64,000 nt of DNA from a virus. Its lineage: Duplodnaviria; Heunggongvirae; Uroviricota; Caudoviricetes. Below are positions 24,722-33,170 of the stretch, piece after piece. Both the position numbers and the translations under genes were made by a program. The stretch is taken from the IMG/VR virus record IMGVR_UViG_3300043436_004120, positions 1 through 64,000 of that record; one strand, written 5' to 3'. The notes below the pieces were generated by a model, which ran no database searches, had not been told where the DNA came from, and saw only the letters and a program-made list of their open reading frames with translations. Position 1 is the stretch's first letter. Every line of letters begins with the position of its first letter.

Positions 24722-25245
24722 TGGCTAATATCTTTTTTGCAAGTGACCATCACTTTCACCATGCCAACATACTCACATTCAAGCGTCAGGATGGTACTCT
24801 AGTGCGTGAGTTTGATGACGTACATCACATGAACGAGCACATGGTCAACTGCCATAACTCAGTGGTTAAGCCACATGACAAGGTGTACTTTTTAGGTGAC
24901 GTTAGTATGCAAACTACCATTGAAGCACTAGAAATCCTACGTCGCATGAATGGCGAAAAAGTTTTAGTTAAGGGCAACCACGATCTTGCCAAGCCTGGCA
25001 GGTACATGGAACACTTCAAAGACATTCGCGGTTCGCATCAATTTGATGGAATGATTTTAACACACGTTCCAATTCACCCCGAAAGCCTAGCCCGCTGGGG
25101 TTTAAATGTACACGGGCACTTACACCACAACGTGGTAAAACTACCACTAGCACAGATTCCGGACAAACGATACTTTAATGTAAGCATGGAACGAATCAAT
25201 TACACACCAATTTCACTAGAAGAAGTTAAAAAACAATGTCGCTAA
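24721..25245 (+). CDS. metallophosphoesterase (calcineurin-like phosphatase)
   Basis: SDHHFHH, GDVSM, GNHD and HGHLHH metal-ligand motifs. Confidence 0.55.
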   Translation: MANIFFASDHHFHHANILTFKRQDGTLVREFDDVHHMNEHMVNCHNSVVKPHDKVYFLGDVSMQTTIEALEILRRMNGEKVLVKGNHDLAKPGRYMEHFKDIRGSHQFDGMILTHVPIHPESLARWGLNVHGHLHHNVVKLPLAQIPDKRYFNVSMERINYTPISLEEVKKQCR

Positions 25246-25688
25246 CATTACAAAACTTAGAGAGTGCACTGGCCGGTGAATCAATGGCGCACACAAAGTA
25301 CTTGTACTTTGCACGTATTGCCAGAGAAGACGGCTTTGAAGATGTTGCAAAACACTTCGAGCACACCGCAGCACAAGAACTAAAACATGCCTGGGGTCAT
25401 TTAGAACTTTTAATCGGTCGTCCTAGTACCAAAGTTTGTCTAGAAAAAGCTATTGCTGGCGAAACTTACGAGTACACAGAAATGTACCCACGCATGGAAG
25501 AACAAGCAGAACGCGAAAACAACGAATCCGCTTTGCTAGAAGCTCGTCAACAAATTGCAGAATCGCAAGAACACGCCGAGCAGTTCCAAGCCGTGCTAAA
25601 GAAAGCAGAAAAGCGTTTTAGTGCACTAAAGCGTGTGGAACAACGCCATGCAGAAGCATATCAACAAGTTTGGGAAACAGTAAAATGA
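25236..25688 (+). CDS. rubrerythrin/ferritin-like diiron protein
   Basis: Two ExxH-containing helices (EQELKHAWGHLE and a second E-rich helix); followed by a rubredoxin. Confidence 0.5.
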   Translation: MSLTLQNLESALAGESMAHTKYLYFARIAREDGFEDVAKHFEHTAAQELKHAWGHLELLIGRPSTKVCLEKAIAGETYEYTEMYPRMEEQAERENNESALLEARQQIAESQEHAEQFQAVLKKAEKRFSALKRVEQRHAEAYQQVWETVK

Positions 25689-25819
25689 CACACATTTGCA
25701 TCGTATGTGACCATGTTCACGATCCAGAAACAGAAGGTCGTTGGGAAGATTTGCCTGACAATTTTGAGTGCCCTGAATGCGGGGTAGGCAAGGAAGACTA
25801 TGTTGAGTTCACAGATTGA
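25685..25819 (+). CDS. rub: rubredoxin (44 aa; not in the ORF track)
   Basis: MTHICIVCDHVHDPETEGRWEDLPDNFECPECGVGKEDYVEF: CxxC...CPxCG rubredoxin signature; ATGA-overlapped with the upstream gene. Confidence 0.7.
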   Translation: MTHICIVCDHVHDPETEGRWEDLPDNFECPECGVGKEDYVEFTD

Positions 25820-25958
25820 AAGTCCGTGTCGGCAAAAGTGTAATCTCGACCCTCAACTGCAGCGTTGTACCACTTGCTTGCGAACTCTAGAACAGATCAC
25901 AGACTGGGTATACTACACCCCCGAACAAAGAAGTGAAATAATGAATAATTTGCGCTGA
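25800..25958 (+). CDS. possible small Cys-rich (CxxxC..CxxC) protein
   Basis: 52-aa ORF overlapping the rubredoxin 3' end and the tRNA start; weak. Confidence 0.2.
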   Translation: MLSSQIESPCRQKCNLDPQLQRCTTCLRTLEQITDWVYYTPEQRSEIMNNLR

Positions 25959-26025
25959 TAGCTCAGTTGGTTAGAGCAGCCGACTCATAATCGGTTGGTC
26001 ACAGGTTCAAGTCCTGTTCGGCGTA
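25952..26025 (+). tRNA. tRNA(CAT), Ile2 (lysidine)-like or Met
   Basis: TA-GCTC-AGTTGGTTA-GAGC, anticodon stem GCCGA/TCGGT with loop CTCATAA, TGGTC variable, T-arm ACAGG-TTCAAGT-CCTGT; anticodon arm resembles E. coli tRNA-Ile2. Confidence 0.7.
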
Positions 26026-26037
26026 CCACTACTACAC

Positions 26038-26066
26038 CAAACCCACCATCCAGGTGGGTTTTTTGT
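26038..26066 (+). terminator. rho-independent terminator
   Basis: AAACCCACC-atcc-GGTGGGTTTTTT. Confidence 0.65.
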
Positions 26067-26146
26067 TTGCAGAAATATTCACTTGAAATATGCAGTACTT
26101 TTTGATATAATTATTCTTTAACAACGCAACCCAACCACAAAATCAC

Positions 26147-26512
26147 ATGAAAATTAATTTCGCACAAGTTCCCGCACATGACGTTGATGTATTCGGCGAC
26201 GACAGTCTTTTTGGCCCTGATGCTGACGGCAACTTTTACTACAACTACGTAGAGTTTGGCACTAATCCTGGTGGCACGGACGAAGTCGCTATCACAGACG
26301 GTTGCGGCCGTTATATGCCTATTGCAGTAGACAACATTCCAGACCTGATTGCTGCACTTGAAGAAGTTGCGCGTATCAGTGGTACCCTTAACCTTGCCAA
26401 GCAACTTGAAATGTATGCAGAAAGTACCTCAGAAGCCTATGTGGAAAATGACCAAGTCCGCCATGACCCCGAATCCGTTCAGGAAATTGTTAGACGAGCT
26501 GCTTACCGCTGA
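26147..26512 (+). CDS. acidic hypothetical protein
   Basis: 121 aa; downstream of an ACTTG..TATAAT promoter. Confidence 0.45.
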   Translation: MKINFAQVPAHDVDVFGDDSLFGPDADGNFYYNYVEFGTNPGGTDEVAITDGCGRYMPIAVDNIPDLIAALEEVARISGTLNLAKQLEMYAESTSEAYVENDQVRHDPESVQEIVRRAAYR

Positions 26513-26693
26513 ATTCCAGCCGGTTACGCTTCAACTACTTGAAAGTGTAACCAGCGTAATAAACGAGCCTAGTGTGGTAGTTCAAACATACGGCGAAGCT
26601 TTCCAAACCCTGGAATTTTTAGCACAGGCTCGTGCAGTAGAACTCGTACCCCTAGAACCCGGCTCGCAACAGTACAAAATCAGAAAGTTATAA
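26463..26693 (+). CDS. hypothetical protein
   Basis: Internal Met of track ORF 26349..26693; overlaps the previous gene. Confidence 0.3.
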   Translation: MTPNPFRKLLDELLTAEFQPVTLQLLESVTSVINEPSVVVQTYGEAFQTLEFLAQARAVELVPLEPGSQQYKIRKL

Positions 26694-26694
26694 A

Positions 26695-27081
26695 ATGGCA
26701 ACAAAATCTCAAAAACCCGCAGCAAGCACCGGACCCTCAAGCGCAGTACAGCGTACGCAAGCCAACCGCAAACGCAAACTGTTAAAATTGCTAAAGCAGC
26801 AACCAAACAACAAGCAATTGCAAAATGCTGTACTAGAAACAGGGCAAGTGCGTAAAAAGCCTGTTACACCACAGTGGTCACATGGTGCAATTCGCTTGGC
26901 TAAATTGTTTAAGTATTTTCGTGGCAGTGCACCCAAAGAATTGTTTTCAGGCAACCCCAAGGTGCAGCAAGCGGCACTATCGGCACCTAGTACCAAACAG
27001 TTCATCAACCTGCCACAAGGCAAAGTAGACTTCTCACTTGGCGCTCGTGCTTTTATGCGTAAGGCCAGCACATGGAATTGA
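26695..27081 (+). CDS. basic (K/R/Q-rich) hypothetical protein
   Basis: 128 aa, lysine-rich. Confidence 0.45.
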   Translation: MATKSQKPAASTGPSSAVQRTQANRKRKLLKLLKQQPNNKQLQNAVLETGQVRKKPVTPQWSHGAIRLAKLFKYFRGSAPKELFSGNPKVQQAALSAPSTKQFINLPQGKVDFSLGARAFMRKASTWN

Positions 27082-27332
27082 TTAGTTACTATTTGCTTTT
27101 TGCACTTAGTACTGCAATTGCCGCGTGTTATTTATGGTTTTGGCCAATGGTGCAGCAGGCTAAAGCCGCTGGCGTACAAAATAGTTTTACAGAATATCCC
27201 AAAATTAGTACCCTAGTGTACGTATTGGTAAGCACAGTGGTTGCTCCGCTGCTTGTGCCGCCTATGCTAAGTGAAACTATGGCCCAGCGATTTCAGGCTG
27301 GCCTACACCGTGAAATCTTCAAACAAGATTAA
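27072..27332 (+). CDS. small membrane protein (2 TM)
   Basis: Two hydrophobic helices. Confidence 0.4.
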   Translation: MELISYYLLFALSTAIAACYLWFWPMVQQAKAAGVQNSFTEYPKISTLVYVLVSTVVAPLLVPPMLSETMAQRFQAGLHREIFKQD

Positions 27333-27383
27333 AAATTTCTAACTTGAGTCACACAGTCAATCGCTGTATAATATATACTTAGA

Positions 27384-27677
27384 TTGATACAAAAGGCAAA
27401 CCACATGAAACTCGTAGAATTCAAATACACAAAAGCAGACGGCACAACCAGCGATCGTGCAGTAATCGAAGTCCTGCAACCCAGCAAGCACTTTGAAGGC
27501 ATTGACATTTCTGATATGCCAGAAGCCGTATTCGCCGAATTCACCAGCGAATATCGTGACTTGCTTGCTGAGCAGTATAATGCTAAAATAAGTATTATGC
27601 AAAAGTATGACTTAAAGCATAACTATCGTCGATTCCTTCCAGAAAAAATGACCGACGTAACTACAAACCACATTTAA
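27384..27677 (+). CDS. hypothetical protein
   Basis: 97 aa, preceded by a TATAAT element. Confidence 0.45.
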   Translation: MIQKANHMKLVEFKYTKADGTTSDRAVIEVLQPSKHFEGIDISDMPEAVFAEFTSEYRDLLAEQYNAKISIMQKYDLKHNYRRFLPEKMTDVTTNHI

Positions 27678-27698
27678 ACAAAACTGAAAGAAAACAAA

Positions 27699-28067
27699 AT
27701 GGCTGCTACATGGACAGATGAGTTGAAATCCGAAGTTATTGCCAAGTACGAAGGTGCTGGCCCAACTCCTGAAAACTCAACAGAAATTATCAAAGACATT
27801 GCCGAAGAAATCGAAATGTCACCCAATGGTGTGCGTATGGTACTAGTGCAAGCTGGTGTGTATGTGAAAAAAGACCCAAGCGCTGCTCCTGCCGGTAAAA
27901 CCAAAACTGCTGGCACTGGCGACAAGCCTGCTCGCGTATCAAAAGAGTCGGCTATTGCTGACTTGACTGCCGCTATTGAAGAAGCTGGCAAAACAGTTGA
28001 CGCTGACATCTTGAGTAAATTGACCGGCAAAGCCGCTGTTTACTTCTTGGGTGTTATCAAAGGTTAA
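27699..28067 (+). CDS. hypothetical protein with HTH-like repeat unit (related in composition to 32050..32799)
   Basis: WTDELKSEVIAKYEG..TEIIKDIAEEIEMSPNGVRMVLVQAG resembles the repeated modules of ORF 32050. Confidence 0.4.
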   Translation: MAATWTDELKSEVIAKYEGAGPTPENSTEIIKDIAEEIEMSPNGVRMVLVQAGVYVKKDPSAAPAGKTKTAGTGDKPARVSKESAIADLTAAIEEAGKTVDADILSKLTGKAAVYFLGVIKG

Positions 28068-28068
28068 T

Positions 28069-28090
28069 CTCAAGCGGCCTAGTGCCGCTT
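28069..28090 (+). terminator. stem-loop terminator
   Basis: AAGCGGC-ctagt-GCCGCTT followed by TTTTATTT. Confidence 0.5.
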
Positions 28091-28735
28091 GTTTTATTTG
28101 GGGAATACATGGCAACGAAAAAACGAAGTGATCTTGAAGCAGAATTGATGACTGATGCCAATATCAGCAAAGTTATTCGCTTGCTTGAGCCTCAAGAAGA
28201 AGGCGTCAAGCCTATTACCAAAAAAGATGCTTGCCAAATTCTAGGCATGAGCTACAACACTACGCGTCTTGGTACGATCATCGAGGAATTTAAAAAGACT
28301 CAGGCTCGTAATGCCCAACGTCGTGCTGAACTGCGTGGCAAGCCTGCTAGTCGTGAAGATATAGTGTATATTATATCCGAGTACTTGAACGGCGAAACAG
28401 TGGATGCTATTAGCAAGATGACGTACCGCTCACCAACCTTTATCAAAAACTTGCTTGAAACACACGCAGTACCAATTCGTGTGCCAGGCCATACTTACTT
28501 TAATCCGGAGCTAATTCCTGATGGTGCAGTACGTGACCGATTTGCTGTAGGAGAGATTGTTTATAGTGCTCGTTACGACAGCCTAGCACGTATTGATAGT
28601 GAAACCAAAACTGAAAAGTATGGATATATTTATCGTGTGTGGCTATTGGCAGAAAAGTGGTTGCAATCGGCCAACCAAGAAGCCTATGAGCTTGCCAGCC
28701 TTCAACATCTTCGAGAACTAGGAGTTCGTATATGA
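28082..28735 (+). CDS. putative DNA-binding regulator (HTH)
   Basis: ITKKDACQILGMSYNTTRL helix-turn-helix-like segment; likely start at the internal MATKKRSD. Confidence 0.4.
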   Translation: MPLVLFGEYMATKKRSDLEAELMTDANISKVIRLLEPQEEGVKPITKKDACQILGMSYNTTRLGTIIEEFKKTQARNAQRRAELRGKPASREDIVYIISEYLNGETVDAISKMTYRSPTFIKNLLETHAVPIRVPGHTYFNPELIPDGAVRDRFAVGEIVYSARYDSLARIDSETKTEKYGYIYRVWLLAEKWLQSANQEAYELASLQHLRELGVRI

Positions 28736-28893
28736 TTCAAATGCTAATAGTATTCGTACTATTAGTACTGCTGATTGCTTATGTATATCACGCAGTATCT
28801 AAATTTACTCTACGCGAGTATAAGTTAGCCTTTAAAATTGGCGCTTTTGCTACCGTAGCCTTGGTTATTATGTTTATTCTCACACAAATCTAA
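28732..28893 (+). CDS. small 2-TM membrane protein (NfeD-like partner of the SPFH protein; not in the track)
   Basis: 53-aa ORF MIQMLIVFVLLVLLIAYVYHAVSKFTLREYKLAFKIGAFATVALVIMFILTQI, ATGA-coupled to the upstream gene and ending 1 nt before the SPFH lipoprotein gene. Confidence 0.35.
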   Translation: MIQMLIVFVLLVLLIAYVYHAVSKFTLREYKLAFKIGAFATVALVIMFILTQI

Positions 28894-28894
28894 A

Positions 28895-29692
28895 ATGAAA
28901 AATACTTTTAAACTTCTTGCACTATCTGCTCTGATCGTTGCTGCTACTGGCTGTACTCGTATTGAAACCGGCGAAGTCGGTGTTCGCGTGGGCTTTGACA
29001 AACAAGTGCAAAGCGGTGAACTGCTGCCAGGTTCATTTAACCAAACTTTGGTTGGTAGCGTTATGACTTTTCCAGTCAAAGACGTTAACGTAGTCTTGGA
29101 GAATATGACTCCAGTTGCCAAAGACAACTCAACCATGAAAGACTTGGACGCTGTTGTTGTTTACAACATTAACCCACAAAATGTGGCTGAGCTGTACTCT
29201 ACCAAGAACAAAAGTTTTCACGCTGAGTTCAAAGGCGACACTTATGTAATGTACAACTACATTGTTCAAAATGCTCGTAATGCTATCTACAAGGCGGCTC
29301 GTAAGTACGAAGCCTTGGACATGGCAGACAACCGTACCGACATGGAAAATTTCATCAAAGACGAAATTACTCGTAACCTTGCTGAAGAAAAGCTGGATGG
29401 TAGCGTTACTATTAGCCAAGTAATGATTCGTAATGTGCTGCCCAGCGATACAGTTGTTGAGTCGGCCAATGCACTGGTTCGAAGCAAGAACGAACTCAAG
29501 CAAAAAGAAGTTGAAGTTAAAACTGCCGAAGCTGAATCACGTCGTATGGCGGCACTAGCCAACAACAGTGGTAGCTCTATTGCATTCATGCAAGCTCAGG
29601 CTATGTTAAATATCTCCGAAGGTATCAAGAACGGGCAAGTTCAAACCATTGTTGTGCCCAGCAACTTCAACGCACTTATGATGCCTAAGTAA
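28895..29692 (+). CDS. SPFH/band-7 (stomatin/HflC-like) lipoprotein
   Basis: Lipobox LIVAATGC; SPFH-like N-terminal region (GFDKQV..GELLPG, AKDNSTMKDLDAVVVYNI), coiled-coil C-terminus. Confidence 0.55.
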   Translation: MKNTFKLLALSALIVAATGCTRIETGEVGVRVGFDKQVQSGELLPGSFNQTLVGSVMTFPVKDVNVVLENMTPVAKDNSTMKDLDAVVVYNINPQNVAELYSTKNKSFHAEFKGDTYVMYNYIVQNARNAIYKAARKYEALDMADNRTDMENFIKDEITRNLAEEKLDGSVTISQVMIRNVLPSDTVVESANALVRSKNELKQKEVEVKTAEAESRRMAALANNSGSSIAFMQAQAMLNISEGIKNGQVQTIVVPSNFNALMMPK

Positions 29693-29937
29693 TGCGATAC
29701 TGGATTTACTGCGAACCCGCGTCGGAAACTTCCAGCGAAGCAGTATACCAGATTTACTCAGATCGTGCAATACTCGACACCTACTGGGACTATTGGTCTA
29801 GTACCATGCGTGCAGTAGGTCGAGAGTCGCAAATCTCAGAAAATAATTGTATTACTGATTGGGCTGCTGTGCATTGGGCATGGCCAGCAGACCACGAAAG
29901 CTTGCAGAAAATTATATCTGCGCCAAAACCGGAATAA
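29692..29937 (+). CDS. hypothetical protein
   Basis: 81 aa ORF. Confidence 0.35.
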   Translation: MRYWIYCEPASETSSEAVYQIYSDRAILDTYWDYWSSTMRAVGRESQISENNCITDWAAVHWAWPADHESLQKIISAPKPE

Positions 29938-29939
29938 TT

Positions 29940-30224
29940 ATGGACGCTAATATACAATACGAAAAACTAATCGAAGAAAACATGGACAAAGGTTTTCAGG
30001 TTCGATTAGTGGTCAATGACTTTCGTGAAACCACATACATCCAATTACGCAAATACTTTTTATCCTATGAAGGCGACTGGGTTCCTAGTCGCGAAGGTGT
30101 AAGCATACCTGCCTCACTAGAAAATATGCGCGGCATTATTGATGGTATGCTGGACATATGTGCCCGTGCCGAAGGCGAAGAAATTATCACGCATTATTAC
30201 AACAAGATCAAGGGTATTGAATAA
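29940..30224 (+). CDS. PC4/YdbC-like ssDNA-binding protein (putative)
   Basis: FQVRLVVNDFRETTYIQLRKYFLSYEGDWVPSREGVSIP resembles the PC4-fold consensus; internal Met of the track ORF. Confidence 0.4.
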   Translation: MDANIQYEKLIEENMDKGFQVRLVVNDFRETTYIQLRKYFLSYEGDWVPSREGVSIPASLENMRGIIDGMLDICARAEGEEIITHYYNKIKGIE

Positions 30225-30240
30225 ATACACTTGATTCAGT

Positions 30241-30259
30241 GACCCTAAACTGCTATAAT
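30241..30259 (+). promoter_or_regulatory. GACCCTAAACTGC motif fused to a TATAAT -10 element
   Basis: GACCCTAAACTGCTATAAT directly upstream of the ligase gene. Confidence 0.45.
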
Positions 30260-30261
30260 AG

Positions 30262-31218
30262 TTGCTTATGAACAAAATCACACAATATCTCGACTCAGCT
30301 TCAGCCGCGTATTACGCAGGTAGCCCATTTATCAGTGACGCACAGTTTGATGCGCTTGCTGATAGTGTGGGTTATGGGGCTGTGGGCGCTAAACAAAATT
30401 CCAAAACCGAGCGTCATCTGTACCAGATGTACTCACTACAAAAGTACTATGAAGATGAAGGAGTCCAACCTCTCCAAGGCATTCGAGGCATTGCTACAAG
30501 TATTAAGCTGGATGGGGCAGCTCTCAGCTTACTTTATGTTGACGGTAATCTTGTTCGAGTTCTTACCCGTGGGGATGGTGTAGAAGGTCAAATTGTAACC
30601 GATAAGTTCTTGGGTAACCCGATTGTTCCGCAAACAGTGCCGTTTAGTGGTATTTACCAGATCACTGGTGAGATTGTTGCCCCAATCAACATTGAAAACG
30701 CGCGTAACTACGCAGCTGGCGCACTAAACTTAAAAGATGTTGCCGAGTTCCGGTCACGAGCACTCAGCTTCTTTGCTTATGGTGTTCAGCCAATTCTAAC
30801 TCCAACTTTTAACCAAGACTTAGAACTGCTTAAAAGCGCAGGCTTTTCAGTAATCAATGAACCAGACCTGGACAAAATCTTTCCTTGTGACGGCGTTGTG
30901 TTCCGTGTCAACGATAATGTTCAGTTTTATGAAATGGGTTACACAGCTAAACATCCTCGTGGTGCTTATGCTAAAAAAGAACGTGCAGCCCATGTTGAAA
31001 CACAACTTCTTGGCGTTGAGTGGCAAGTTGGCAAGTCAGGCAAAGTAAGTCCAGTTGCTATTCTACAGCCTGTGCTAATCGGCGATGCGCTAGTATCACG
31101 AGCCACACTAAACAACCCAGGCTTTATTGAAATGCTAGACCTGCAAATTGGCGACACAGTTGCCGTTATCCGAGCAGGCGAAATCATTCCTTGCATTTTA
31201 CACAAAGTAGATGCTTGA
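30262..31218 (+). CDS. ligA: NAD-dependent DNA ligase, N-terminal half (adenylation + OB domains)
   Basis: KxDG adenylation motif in SIKLDGAALSL; TRGDGVEGQ motif; ends before the Zn-finger/HhH/BRCT part. Confidence 0.7.
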   Translation: MLMNKITQYLDSASAAYYAGSPFISDAQFDALADSVGYGAVGAKQNSKTERHLYQMYSLQKYYEDEGVQPLQGIRGIATSIKLDGAALSLLYVDGNLVRVLTRGDGVEGQIVTDKFLGNPIVPQTVPFSGIYQITGEIVAPINIENARNYAAGALNLKDVAEFRSRALSFFAYGVQPILTPTFNQDLELLKSAGFSVINEPDLDKIFPCDGVVFRVNDNVQFYEMGYTAKHPRGAYAKKERAAHVETQLLGVEWQVGKSGKVSPVAILQPVLIGDALVSRATLNNPGFIEMLDLQIGDTVAVIRAGEIIPCILHKVDA

Positions 31219-31235
31219 GCAGTAAAAATTTACAC

Positions 31236-31264
31236 TTGTCACAGCGTTCCCAAACCGGTATAAT
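31236..31264 (+). promoter_or_regulatory. sigma70 promoter TTGTCA-N17-TATAAT between the two ligase ORFs
   Basis: Near-consensus hexamers with 17-nt spacer in the 71-nt gap. Confidence 0.6.
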
Positions 31265-31289
31265 ATAGTCTACAAAGCAATAAATCACC

Positions 31290-32057
31290 ATGAAGATCGA
31301 AATCCCAACAACCTGCCCCTGCTGTAGCTACAAACTAGAATTGGTCAATGACCAACTCTTTTGTCGCAACACGGCTTGTGGTGCTCAGCTTGGTAAAAAA
31401 GTTGAACACTTCTGCAAGACATTAGGCATCAAAGGTATGGGGCCAAAGTCAGTTGAAAAACTTGACTTGCAAGATTTAACAGAATTGTTTTACTTAGACT
31501 TGGACAGTGTTACCAAAGCACTTAGCAGTGAAAAAACTGCCCTAAAGCTGCTTGATGAAATCAATCGTGCTAAGTCAGCTGATTTAGCCACAGTGCTTGC
31601 TAGTTTTTCAATCCCACTGGTAGGTAACACTGCTAGTAAAAAGATTTGTGAAGTGGTTGAGCACATTGACCAAATCACATACGAAACCTGCAAACAAGCA
31701 GGTTTAGGCGACAAAGTAACCGAAAACCTAGTTGGCTGGTTACAAACCGATTTTCCTGACTTGCGAGAGTTTTTGCCGTTCTCTTTTAAGTCTAATCTCA
31801 ATTCCAATACAACCAGTAATAATAATTTCAAGACTGTTTGTATCACAGGAAAATTATCTTCGTACAAAACCAAAGCAGAGGCCTACACCGCCCTGGAAGC
31901 TGCCGGTTACAGAGCAGTAGAGTCCGTTACTAAAACAACGGACTATTTGGTTGATGAAGAAGATAAGGCTAGTACAAAACGCAAAAAAGCCGAATCACTT
32001 GGCATCCCAATTATAACAAACTTAAATACTTTCTTGAAAGAAAATACAAATGACTGA
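31290..32057 (+). CDS. ligA: NAD-dependent DNA ligase, C-terminal half (C4 Zn finger + HhH + BRCT)
   Basis: CPCCSYKLELVNDQLFCRNTAC zinc finger; helix-hairpin-helix region; BRCT-like C-terminus (TVCITGKLSS...). Confidence 0.6.
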   Translation: MKIEIPTTCPCCSYKLELVNDQLFCRNTACGAQLGKKVEHFCKTLGIKGMGPKSVEKLDLQDLTELFYLDLDSVTKALSSEKTALKLLDEINRAKSADLATVLASFSIPLVGNTASKKICEVVEHIDQITYETCKQAGLGDKVTENLVGWLQTDFPDLREFLPFSFKSNLNSNTTSNNNFKTVCITGKLSSYKTKAEAYTALEAAGYRAVESVTKTTDYLVDEEDKASTKRKKAESLGIPIITNLNTFLKENTND

Positions 32058-32799
32058 AAAAGCTACTAAAAACTGGTCTGACGAAGCTGTTGACCAATTG
32101 ATGCAAATCGTTGGAAACGAAAGCCCTGTTAGCGTTGATAGCGTTGAGCGTGCTGCTGAACAACTGGGTAAAACTACTCGTTCTATCGCCAGCAAACTGC
32201 GTCAACTTGACCGTGAAGTTGCTAGTCTTGCAAAAGAAAAAACCAGTGCATTTACACCCGACGAAGGCGCTGATCTTGCCGATTTCGTTGCGGCTAATGC
32301 CGGTAACTTGACTTACAAAGAAATCGCTGAGCACTTTGCTGACGGCAAGTTCTCTGCAAAACAAATCCAAGGCAAACTGCTGGCCTTGGAACTAACTGGC
32401 AGTGTAAAGCCAGCTGAAAAAGTAGAAGTTGCACGCACTTACACAGAAGCCGAAGAAGCTACTTTTGTAAAAATGGCTGATGCCGGTAACTTTATCGAAG
32501 ACATTGCTGCTAAGCTGAACAAAACTGTTGCTTCAGTTCGTGGTAAGGCATTGAGCCTAACACGCAAAGGTCAGATTTCAAAGATTCCAGCACAGCGCGA
32601 ATCTCATGCCAAAGAGTCGGTTGATCCAGTGGTTGCACTTGGTGACCGTATTCACACTATGACTGTTGCTGAAATTGCTCAAGCGGTTGACAAAACAGAG
32701 CGTGGTCTGCGTACATTGCTGACTCGCCGTGGTATCAAAGTTGCAGACTATGACGGTGCAGCTAAAAAAGCCAAAGCCGAAGCTAAAGCAGCTGCTTAA
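32050..32799 (+). CDS. protein with four tandem HTH-like repeats (putative DNA-binding)
   Basis: Repeats of the form xxEIAExxxKTxxSIxxKLxxL (SVERAAEQLGKTTRSIASKLRQL, TYKEIAEHFADGKFSAKQIQGKL, FIEDIAAKLNKTVASVRGKAL, TVAEIAQAVDKTERGLRTLLTRRG). Confidence 0.4.
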   Translation: MTEKATKNWSDEAVDQLMQIVGNESPVSVDSVERAAEQLGKTTRSIASKLRQLDREVASLAKEKTSAFTPDEGADLADFVAANAGNLTYKEIAEHFADGKFSAKQIQGKLLALELTGSVKPAEKVEVARTYTEAEEATFVKMADAGNFIEDIAAKLNKTVASVRGKALSLTRKGQISKIPAQRESHAKESVDPVVALGDRIHTMTVAEIAQAVDKTERGLRTLLTRRGIKVADYDGAAKKAKAEAKAAA

Positions 32800-32815
32800 T
32801 TTGGTTTAAACCAAC

Positions 32816-32850
32816 AGCCCGGGAGTCCCATAAAGCTCCCGGGCTTTTTC
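32816..32850 (+). terminator. rho-independent terminator
   Basis: AGCCCGGGAG-tcccataaag-CTCCCGGGCT followed by TTTTT. Confidence 0.65.
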
Positions 32851-32869
32851 TGTTTTAGGAGGTCAAAGT

Positions 32870-33169
32870 ATGCGTGTTACAATCACATACCATGACAATG
32901 AATCATTTACAATGGAAGAAGTTGTAAAGCAAGCTGTGCATAACTACGGTAAAGCCGCACACGTAGAAATCACACCAGAATCTACAATGGCTTATGACCA
33001 CATTTACTTTGGCTTACAGCAGTTGATAACTCACGAGCAGTTGAGTTTGCTGTACGACAGTGGTGCAACATATCAGCAAGACTTAAAAAAGTTACGAGAT
33101 CAGATAATGTACAAAGTTACCGAAATCGTAGATCAAGTTATTATAGACAATGAAGCGAAAGTAGGGTAA
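32870..33169 (+). CDS. hypothetical protein
   Basis: 99 aa; SD GGAGG upstream. Confidence 0.45.
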   Translation: MRVTITYHDNESFTMEEVVKQAVHNYGKAAHVEITPESTMAYDHIYFGLQQLITHEQLSLLYDSGATYQQDLKKLRDQIMYKVTEIVDQVIIDNEAKVG

Positions 33170-33170
33170 C

